DNA of 64,000 nt from Phoronis australis (lineage: Eukaryota > Animalia > Phoronida). The position numbers and the translations under genes are program-made. Shown here in pieces: positions 1-22,411 of the stretch (the first letter of the stretch is position 1; each line of letters opens with the position of its first letter). The notes below the pieces were generated by a model. It saw only the letters and a program-made list of their open reading frames with translations, was not told the DNA's origin and ran no database searches. Location: assembly GCA_002633005.1 (NCBI GenBank), contig NMRA01000028.1, positions 953,556 to 1,017,555 on the forward strand, read 5' to 3'.

Positions 1-2324
1 TGGCGGAATTCCCAGCAACTGATAGGAGTGTCCAAACGAGATAAAGCATCAGCATTACCATGATGACAACCCTGGCGATACTCAATCAACATGTCATACT
101 GACTTAACTCTTCCAACCACCTGGCTAATTGACCCTCGGGATTCTTAAAATTAATTAACCATTGTAGACTACTATGGTCTGTACGAACCTTAAATGACCT
201 ACCCAATGAGAAGTGTCGAAATTGTCTCGTAAAACGAATAATAGCCAAAAGTTCCTTGCGGGTAGTACAGTAACGACGCTGTTCAGGAGTCAGAGAAACA
301 CTAGCATAGGCAATAACCCTCTCCTTCCCCTCCTGAATCTGCAGCAAATTACCACCTATGGCCACATCAGAAGCATCCGTATCCAAAATAAACAAATCTT
401 CCCTAGTGGGCAACGCTAGAACTGGAGGAATAACTAGACAATTCTTCAAGCTCACAAAAGCCACCTCCTGTTCCTGAGACCAAAAGAAATCAACTTTGCC
501 TGTTAGCACATACAAAGGAGCAGCGATTTCAGCAAATTTATCAACAAATGATCGGTGGTAATTTACCAACCCCAAAAACCGCTGGACCTCTCTAACATTT
601 GATGGTCTAGGCCAATCCTGAATGACTTTAATATGTTCCTGATTCATAGACAAAGCATTTCCATCTACCAAACGTCCCAAAAACTCGACTTTAGAATGGA
701 ACAGAACACACTTCTTGGGCTTTAACTTGAAGCCAAACTCTCTGAGACGTAAAAATACTTGACGTAAATGAATAAGATGGGTCTTAACATCTACTGACAT
801 AACTAGAACGTCATCTAGATAAGCCAAAACTGAATGCCATAGAAGACCATTCAAAATATGATTAATAACCCTGGAAAAAGTCGCAACTGCACCCTTACAA
901 CCAAATGGAAGTCTGAGAAAATGAAAAGTTCCGTAACGAGTAAGGAATGCTGTTTTTTTCCTATCCTCTTCTTTCAACTTCACTTGCCAATAAGCAGAAT
1001 TAGCATCCAACTTACTGAAAACTTTTTTCCCAGATATAGCGGCAAAGCAATCATCAGCTAATGGCTAAGGGTAATTGTCAGCCTCAGTAATGGCGTTAAG
1101 CGCTCTGAAATCAATGCAGTATCGTAATTTGCCATCTCGTTTCCGAATAATAACGGGATTCGAGGACCATTCAGAAACCGAAGGTTCTATAACACCAGCA
1201 TCTAACATTTTCTGAATATGCTCTTTCTCCTCACCGGCAAAAATTACTGGAGTACGTCGTAATCTAGTCTTACATGGAGGCTTATTCCCAGTATCAATCG
1301 AATGCTCCATAGCTGTAAAATTACCCAGGTCAAATTCAGAAGCAGCAAAAACGTCCTGAAATTCAATCAACAATGATTGCAACAACGAGGAGTCATTCTG
1401 AGATAAGAGCTCCTTAGAACGATCATACAGCTCAATCAAATGTTCTGGTAATATTGAATCATCTAAACCATTAACTTGGTTTACCCGCGGAGCCACCAAC
1501 CAATTTGGCAATGTAGAAACTACTTCACATGCTTCCGCTACAACCTGGCCAGCAGACAACGTCAAATGGTGTTCACTAAGGTTTAACAAAAACAAACGGC
1601 AAGGACAACCTTCCGAGTACAACGCCTCTAAAGCAACAAACGAATCACCAACTGACTGCACCAGGAATTTATCTAAAGGACGATCCAAAATACCATCAAT
1701 CAGAACAAATGAATTAGGTGGTAAACTAACTCGTCGACATAACTTAATTGGTACAGAAACTTCCTGCAGATCAACTTGTTTATCAATAATTGGATATGAG
1801 AGACCATCCAACAACAGGGAGCCCGAATCTAAGTCAACCACGGCTCTATACTTATAGAGAAAATCCAAGCCCAACAACAAATCATCAACAATGGGCGCTA
1901 CATAAAATTGACTTTCAAAAACACTACCCTGTATATGCAACGACATACTCTCCGTGAGAGCGGATGTAACCAACATGTCTCTACCGGCCATCCTAACATC
2001 CAAATTACTAAGTAAACAAGGTTTCTGTATCCAAGACTGAAAAACTTTATCAGAAAGGAGCGACACTTGAGCTCCCGTGTCAACAACTGCTAACAACTTT
2101 TCACCATTCAACTCAACTGGAATGTGACACAACAATCCTGTTCCCGAGTCATTAACCATTTTCTCGTTACTAGGGGACAACAAATTCACACGACTCCTAG
2201 CAACCCTAACATGAGACTCACAATTATCCTCAAAATTCTCAACATGAATCTTATCAGAGGCCTTAACTCCTAACTTCGACTGGATCGGGGATCGACCTCT
2301 CTCCTCGATCCTGGACGGTTTAAA
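1..2324 (-). pseudogene. pol: Pol (protease-RT-RNaseH), in the -1 frame relative to gag, with one in-frame TAG at 1065-1067
   Basis: Frame is open from the slippery site to 1068 and again from 1064 to the window edge: ...ADNYP*PLADD...LDANSAYWQ...LPFG...YLDD...FLGLVNYH...DTDASD... Confidence 0.9.
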
Positions 2325-3862
2325 TCTACTTCCTCCGAGGAGTTACCGGAGACCGTCGAACAAGCCTGATCACTATGTCCATAACCTTGACAGATTCTAC
2401 AAGTTACTGTTCTATTAGGACAATTGTCCGACAAATGCCCTCTACCCTTACAGGAGAAGCAGTAACGTTGTCTTCCAGAACTGGTTTGTCTGCATTCCCT
2501 AGCAATATGCCCAATCTTGTTACACCGATAACATCTGATTTTGCCTTTACTGCTGTTGGGTTTTTTAGGAGAAGTCTGACCCTCCTGATCTGGAACCGTC
2601 TTATCAACCTTTGTTTTAGAGGGTTGACTGTGCCCCTGAACCTGTCGCACAACAAAGTTACCTTGGCGAGGGCCAAACACAGCGCGTTTACTGTGGCGTT
2701 GCCAATGTGCCCTCTGCACCGCCTCATCCATCGATAAGGGGAGTGGATTTGACAATGAGAACGCCAAATCCTTATCACTCAACCCATGACAAAATCTAGT
2801 TACAGCCTGAACATGGGCATAACCTTCACCCACATCAGCGAAAGCTCTAGTAGCTAAGTCCAAAATCCTATCAGCCCATTCAAAATCAGATTCTTGGGGT
2901 TCTTGTCTAGCGCTTTGGAATTCTAACTTATGCGCCTCAGGCAAAAAGGATTTCCCGAACCTACGCTGTAGACATGACTTAGCATGATCAAATGTCAAGG
3001 TCGGGTAACGCTTAATCAATGAAGACAGGTATTCTTCAGCCTTTTCATGCATACACAACAACAATAAATCAACTTGATTTTCAGGGGACACATGATGTTG
3101 ACGAAGGAATATCTCAAACTTGGTCACAAAAGCCGACCAACTAGTCTTACCATTATAAGACAAAGTCTTCGGAGGATCTCTCCAACCTGAACTAGTTCTA
3201 GGCAACCTAAACTGTGTCAAAGGATTAACCTCTGCATACTGATTATTCATGTGACCAACTGTCGGTTCTGATATCACTGAGGGACTTGCCCTATAAGAGC
3301 CTGGATTAACAACTGAACTATTTACTCTTGGTGGAAGGCCAAATCTATCAACATAAGGAGTAAAAACCTCCTGGGGTTCAGTCTTAATACCTTGTACAAA
3401 CTTAGGTACAGGTCTCATCAACCCTGGCTTAACATCAGCTACTCTAGTAGTTGTAGAAAACGTAGTCACACATGGGGCAGGTTTCCCTGAAATGCTACTG
3501 CCTGCAACAGTGAAAACCGGCTTATGTTCCCGAACTATCTTTGGTTTACTGGCACTCACCGCTCTCTCTTCCCCTTCTTTAAAAGCAAAGGACGGCTTGT
3601 TAGTTATAGCGGAAACTGACTGCGCCACTACCGGAGAAGATTGAACGAATCCTAGTCTCGAAGGAAGGTCAAATCTTTCACTACTAGATATTCCAGGTGA
3701 AAACCTCTCCAAAGATGGCATAGAATCACATTCTCCAACTTCATCAACAGTAATTCTCTCTGAACAAGTTGTTACAATTTGAGACAACTCAAATTTTTCA
3801 ACTAAATCTTGAGCAGCCACAGTAATGGCAGATACAAAGTCCCGGATGAGACTAGACGCCAT
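2270..3862 (-). CDS. gag: Gag polyprotein (530 aa) with three CCHC zinc knuckles
   Basis: Intact ATG-to-TAG ORF; capsid-like YNGKTSW..F..KFE and QE..ES...W motifs; CYRCNKIGHIAREC, CFSCKGRGHLSDNC, CRICQGYGHSDQAC. Confidence 0.92.
   Translation of the reverse strand: MASSLIRDFVSAITVAAQDLVEKFELSQIVTTCSERITVDEVGECDSMPSLERFSPGISSSERFDLPSRLGFVQSSPVVAQSVSAITNKPSFAFKEGEERAVSASKPKIVREHKPVFTVAGSSISGKPAPCVTTFSTTTRVADVKPGLMRPVPKFVQGIKTEPQEVFTPYVDRFGLPPRVNSSVVNPGSYRASPSVISEPTVGHMNNQYAEVNPLTQFRLPRTSSGWRDPPKTLSYNGKTSWSAFVTKFEIFLRQHHVSPENQVDLLLLCMHEKAEEYLSSLIKRYPTLTFDHAKSCLQRRFGKSFLPEAHKLEFQSARQEPQESDFEWADRILDLATRAFADVGEGYAHVQAVTRFCHGLSDKDLAFSLSNPLPLSMDEAVQRAHWQRHSKRAVFGPRQGNFVVRQVQGHSQPSKTKVDKTVPDQEGQTSPKKPNSSKGKIRCYRCNKIGHIARECRQTSSGRQRYCFSCKGRGHLSDNCPNRTVTCRICQGYGHSDQACSTVSGNSSEEVDLNRPGSRREVDPRSSRS
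2289..2324 (-). promoter_or_regulatory. -1 programmed ribosomal frameshift signal
   Basis: U UUA AAC in the gag frame (2318-2324), 6-nt spacer, then 7-bp hairpin GGATCGA-GGAGAGAGG-TCGATCC (2289-2311). Confidence 0.85.
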
Positions 3863-4007
3863 TATAGGAAAAACACGTGGAACTACTCCAGAACACCCCC
3901 AAAGAATGCGTGGAGTGACAGGGGAGACCCCTCAGTTAACTTCAAATCAAAATAATCGAAGATATCAAAACAAATGCAAGAAAGCCAACAAAGTAAGCAA
4001 CTAATTT

Positions 4008-4021
4008 CACGTTGGGTGCCA
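4008..4021 (-). promoter_or_regulatory. Primer-binding site, tRNA-Lys(CUU)-like
   Basis: TGGCACCCAACGTG just inside the LTR; matches the Lys1,2 PBS TGGCGCCCAACGTG with one mismatch. Confidence 0.8.
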
Positions 4022-4027
4022 AAAATG

Positions 4028-4257
4028 TGTTGTGAACCTCTGCTAAAAGTTCAGTCAGGCCCCTTATAGGTTAACTCATTAGGGCCGGCGCTCACCTGCA
4101 TTTTTATCTTTCGTCTTCTCTCTTAGTCTTCAGACACCTCTTTCTAGCTCTGCAGAACACTAACTAACTAATATCTACACACGAGGGCTACCCGCATAAC
4201 CCAAACGAGGCTGTCACCTCTGAGCATAGTGACCCGGAACTTCCGGAGTTCACTACA
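4028..4257 (-). repeat. 5' LTR (~230 bp)
   Basis: Minus-strand TGTAGTGAAC...GTTCACAACA termini (TG..CA, 10-bp imperfect inverted repeat) just upstream of the PBS. The partner LTR is outside the window. Confidence 0.75.
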
Positions 4258-4895
4258 GACTAAATGAATGATTTTTGGTATCTCTGCATTCCTCAGACAT
4301 CTTGCTATCCGTACATATCCACTTCATGACCCTCAATTACTTCGATTTATAACTACGCTATTCCGAACTCGGTCCACTTAAGCCACGCGCATTGTGAAAT
4401 CGGCAGCCATTTCAGGGAACTTATTATACCAAGTGCCATCTATCGGCGATCTGCTATCTACAACATGCGCTGTTCCTTTTTCATCAGTCAACGTCATTGG
4501 TCGATTTTGTCAATTATTAACGTCATCGTTATTAATCATCGTTATGTCTGCTCTCGTCATCACCTTCATCATCTCTCTCGCCATCTTATCTGTCATCGTC
4601 ATGTGTTGTTATCGTCGTCCATGAGACGAGTACCGACATGTATAGTTTGTCAAATGGGTGAACTTAATAGTAAAGCAAGTTAATTTACTAGGCCTATATT
4701 GTGTAGTGTCTCAAACATCATCATATGGCCCTGCACCGTTGTCACTCGTCCTTTACGTTACTGGTGTCATCACTGTCATTGTCTAGGTTGGTCTAAGTTA
4801 CCGCCATGATCATTTTTTGGTTTATGTATTGATCACATGATTGTATTTGAATTTCTATTTAGTTTGGTAAGTGAAACAGTCCAATTGGGAAAATG

Positions 4896-4920
4896 TGGGT
4901 GGCCCTTAAAAGGGCCGTTG
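4896..4920 (-). promoter_or_regulatory. Histone-type 3' stem-loop downstream of the transposase
   Basis: CAAC-GGCCCT-TTTA-AGGGCC-ACCCA on the minus strand; the stem begins 25 nt after the transposase TGA. Confidence 0.8.
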
Positions 4921-4941
4921 GGGGGTATCAGTCAGTACCGC

Positions 4942-5490
4942 TCAAGGCGTCTGATACTGCGACCACTGAGATAAGTGCAACAGCACGTTGTTGAAGGCGT
5001 CTTTGGCTGTTCTTCCATAGTGCAGACGCCACATAAATTCGTCCAAATATTCTTTTAGCTTGTCGTCGTTTGCCCTACACATGGACTTGAACCTGCGTTT
5101 TGCGTTCTTCCAAAAGCATTCGACGTGATTGGTGTGGGCACCTGTGATCAGATCGACGAAGTTCTGATTGTGATTCACTGTCTGGTGTTGATATGGAGGA
5201 TTCACTGGAAGGTTCACTATGCCATTGTATGCCGCCCACATGTCTGAGTGCACAATAGACCCTGGTGCCATACAACGCTGTATGATGGGCAGCAGTTTCT
5301 GAGCGGAACGATCTGGAACAAATTCTAAAAATCCGAAAGCCTGGGCTGGCCAATAGCCCCCAAACGCCCACCGCTTGGGTACAGGGTGGCCGACGTTATT
5401 TATTCTCCACGCCATCAAAGTTTCGTCGATCTGTACTACGATACCAAGACCGCCGACCTGTCTTGGATTCGCTACCAGGTGGTTACTACT
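4942..5490 (-). mobile_element. Merlin / ISXO2-like (IS1595 family) DDE transposase, 5'-truncated
   Basis: Frame open from ~5490: RQVGGLGIVVQIDET...WAFGG...VPDRSAQKLLPII...PGSIVHSDMWAAY...HQTVNHNQNFVD..TGAHTNHVECFWKNAK...YLDEFMWR. All three catalytic residues are present; the N-terminal domain is missing. Confidence 0.9.
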
Positions 5491-6464
5491 TCTTTTTTTT
5501 TAGTCGACCGACTATTTTGTTAGTAAAAGTTTCACATCGTCAAGAATTCGAACCCCCCCATATTGAAGGCTGGATGCGCACATGATCCAGTAACATCGGT
5601 TTTATTTTTGAGTTTTAATACTTCACGTATTTACAACCAACTTAAGTGTGGCAATGGCAAATTGTAAGAAATGTGTACAATTTATCAGTAGTCGCTGTGC
5701 ACCCTTTATGTTACAGTCTCTGTACTTTGGCCATGAAAAGAACATTTTGCCCTTTTTGGACGCGCATATACACTGAACAGACCCATTACTACTAGTCAAA
5801 TTGGGCGCATGTGATTTTCTCGTGGCAAAACATAGGCAAAATGTGACAAAACACAGGTGATAATTGCTTTGAATCCGAGTACCAAGTTTGGCGGTGACAC
5901 TCAGGCCGGAAGGGAGTGAAATTAAGCTGATGCACTGAGGTCACCAGTGCCAAACCTCCCACAAAAACCAGTCCGCATGAAAAAAAGTGAGGTGCACTAC
6001 CTATGATAAAGGTGGTACTGAAGTGGGTGCAACGAAGGTCTGTAGTGGAGGGGAGAGGGAATTTGTGTGAACTTTCCACTTTATATTATAGATATGGTAA
6101 CCATTGCCATATTAAAATTATTAAAAATTGAACCATTCTTTGGTGTAAAACAAAACGCTTAAATTCTGATGAGAGGCATGTTTTGAATATGGGCATTTCC
6201 ATCCACGGATGTAGCACCATCTAGCAGTAACCTGACAAATGAATTTCTACCTCAACGAAGGGCTGTTGTTGCAGTAAGACGGGTTATTGTCAATCACAGC
6301 AATGTCGCTTAAGTAAAACGATGTTGGGCACGGTGTAGAACTTTTCAAATATAGAGTATTTTGTGAATATGTGTTTATATAGATGTAAAGATGTAACAAT
6401 TTTTGGCGACTTAATCAACTCGATGAGTAACATAAGCAGATCACCTGACACAATTATTATTATG

Positions 6465-6606
6465 ATTAAAAAACAGACAATCACTGCACAAATAAAGAAG
6501 TTCATGTTCATCGTCAAGATACAATAAGCTGATGTCTAGTGAATAGACGAACCGTTGAATGAAGATGAACTTTTTTATTTGTGCGGCGATTGTCCGTTTT
6601 TAAATC
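6465..6606. repeat. Imperfect palindrome / foldback element
   Basis: TTAAAAAACAGACAATCACTGCACAAATAAAGAAGTTCAT pairs with ATGAACTTTTTTATTTGTGCGGCGATTGTCCGTTTTTAA. Confidence 0.6.
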
Positions 6607-7498
6607 TTACTGTGGCCAAAAACTGATGTAATTATTATTACGAGTTGTTGAGAGTGCACGGAATAGAAAGTATGGCAGGACCACTTGAATTTGAGGTTGA
6701 AATTATCAATTTCTTGTGACCCTTCACACTATGAACTCTTTCCAGATGACACCCTGACAACATAAATAATGCTAACTAATGACAGCAGTGGCAACAACTA
6801 ATTAACCATTTAAAACAAAGGTCTTGATTTAAACAGTATAGAACAGTAGCAGTGAAAAGTTTTCAGTGATGATTTTATTAGCAGTTGATGAAATGTCTTT
6901 GTCCAACAGGACTAGAAGTTTTAAGGCCCTTATATTATATGTATTTTTCTCCATCACCACAGACGCTAGTTCCACCTGTTGGTGAAGATTATTTTTGACT
7001 GGTCATCCTGTCACTTGTTGTCCAATAGCAGAAACTACACATTGTGTTTTCTCTTTATCAGAACATGAGTGTGAAACCTTTATACCGTAATCTATTTTGC
7101 CGTAATAATCTTATCGATAAGCTAACGTTCTGTGCTGAGTATTCTTTCATCCCTGTTGTGTTGTAAAAGTTATTGAAATTTGATTGACATTCCAGTAGAA
7201 CTTTCTTTCCCCCAGAATTTGTGCTACATAATCTGCCCCCGTGACCTCGTTGCAGCAGCTGATGTTTGACCTAGTTATACTCTTATCTGAGGTGACTAGC
7301 TCTGATACAGCCCCCTGACTGCCTTGTAGTCAGCAGTCTGTGAGTGTGCAAGTCAGCTTGCAGTTGAGTCTGTTGGTTTTACTCTGAAAACTTGAAAACT
7401 TCAGCTACTGGTATTTGGACTTCTAGTCCTAGCAATTTGCATGTTGTTCTGGCTTGAGAACATTGTTTTTTCTCAAGTGCTCCCCGAAAAGCTTGCAC

Positions 7499-20735
<13,237 letters not shown>

Positions 20736-21533
20736 TGTAGGGGGCGCTGTAGTTGTGCTTCAGTGATTGTGATGTCCCACTCAGCACTGTGGAGGCTTTT
20801 TGATTCTGGAGGTCGTTGTTCACAATCTCAATATTATTTATTTCTGTCATTCTACATATGAATTGTGTGAAATCAGTTTTCACTGCAGGTTGGTTTATGG
20901 CAGAGTACGTCATCAATCAATCTACAATGTCAGTCGACAATATCTGAAGTTTTCTTCTGCTTACGTTTCGCTGGCGCTCACAATTGAAGTCGGAAATTTC
21001 TGAGGTTGAGATTACATGTAACGCACTGTTTTGTAAAACACTGGAAAATCCAGGAATTTAAGTGAGACAATTAAGGTCACATATACCAGTTATCCAAGGG
21101 TGGATGTTCAGTTCAACTTTCAGAATCACAACATTCATTCAGTCTCACTTCAACCTAGTTGATAAAATGTAATAGGAAAATCAGTTATGGAAAATATAAG
21201 CAAGCAACTAAGAAATGAGGACTGTACATAATTGTTGTTCTGTCAGAGCAGAGAATGATGAATGCTAAAACGGCAGCAAGTCATTGTTGTTCGGTCAGAA
21301 AATGTCTCGACCGTTTTTGAAATCTGTGTTACATTTCAATTGTAAGAGGATATCCCTTTGCAGCGTTTGTTATGACTTTTATGCTGACTGCTATTTATTA
21401 TCAAAAGTTCTGCGGTAAACACTGATCGGCAATGATACTAAACACAGGCTAGCTATGAACCCACCTGAAGTATATGATTACTGGCCACTTGCAATAGTGC
21501 TATTACTTACTGATGTCTGGCAGCTGATTTCCA

Positions 21534-21539
21534 AATAAA
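21534..21539 (+). terminator. Candidate poly(A) signal of HARS
   Basis: AATAAA about 800 nt after the HARS stop. Confidence 0.5.
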
Positions 21540-21562
21540 ATTAATACAATGTGACACAAAAT

Positions 21563-21568
21563 TTTATT
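21563..21568 (-). terminator. Candidate poly(A) signal of MYCBP2
   Basis: TTTATT (AATAAA on the minus strand) about 730 nt after the MYCBP2 stop. Confidence 0.5.
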
Positions 21569-22295
21569 TTATATATTATGCTGAATCACATGTTGCAATC
21601 AAGCAAAACAAAACTGTTGAGAATTTAAGGAACAATTAAAATGACAAACGGGGTTTTGCAGTTGATAAAGCAGAAAAGCAGTGCATTAATCGACACATAT
21701 ACAGTTGAGTCTGTTTATCGCAAAACAAAGAGACTGAAAATAAAACAACACAAGCCATGCATAACGATTTCTTGGAAATAGCGCTAGAAATCAAAACCGT
21801 TGCATGATCCTAACACAAAACAATTGCTGAACTGTTAATATTCAGTCCAATTCTATAAATTAAGCACAAAACAGTAGTAGCACTAAACAATGGATAATTA
21901 CTGGCAACAGGAACAAGTTGTCATTATTGCTTGAACAGTGGTACAATTATCCAGCCAGTGTAAGTAAGACCTTAACTATGTTCATATAGTTCAACTTTAA
22001 CAGCAGTTAACACAACAGATATGTCTCTTCAATACTGTATTCTCTAACATGTACAGGTGTGCACTCCAAACAAATGAGTGGCAAGAAATAGAATAAAACT
22101 GTTTACACAATGCACAAACTATTCTCCACACCATGTGCACTTGTGAACGTACACATTAAAAGGTTCCATGAGCCACCTTTCAACACTGATGCACTCCAAT
22201 GAATGCAGAACCTGCAAGAATGTGTGCACTTTCCTACACATTCTGGGGGCAAACTCCTTCAGATGCGTGCGGCTGGATGCTGTACATGTACCCTG

Positions 22296-22411
22296 CTAAA
22301 ATGTATGCGCGTTCCTGCACACTCCACATCCCAGAGCAAACTCTTCACCAGTGGGAGGATGCTGTACGTGCAGCGGACATTCATCACCCTCCAACTGCCT
22401 GCCTCGTGGCC
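22296..22411 (-). CDS. MYCBP2: MYCBP2 last coding exon
   Basis: [37 protein letters not shown]. Confidence 0.95.

Larger units (their letters stand above)
1..4257 (-). mobile_element. Ty3/Gypsy LTR retrotransposon, 5' part (continues off the left edge)
   Basis: Order LTR, PBS, gag (CCHC), aspartic protease (VDTGA), RT (YLDD at 810-821), RNase H (DTDASD...ELLAI...TDH...NADALSR). PR-RT-RH with no integrase between PR and RT is the Gypsy arrangement. Confidence 0.95.

Noticed and set aside
213-2778. Short plus-strand and alternate-frame ORFs over gag-pol
   Set aside because: Shadow ORFs of the retrotransposon coding sequence with no recognisable motifs.
4896-4920. Rho-independent terminator or a histone gene
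   Set aside because: No U-tract follows the stem and the context is eukaryotic; no histone-fold ORF precedes it, only the transposase.
4942-5418. Bacterial IS1595 contamination or recent horizontal transfer
   Set aside because: Embedded in intron-rich animal DNA; Merlin is the established eukaryotic branch of this transposase family.
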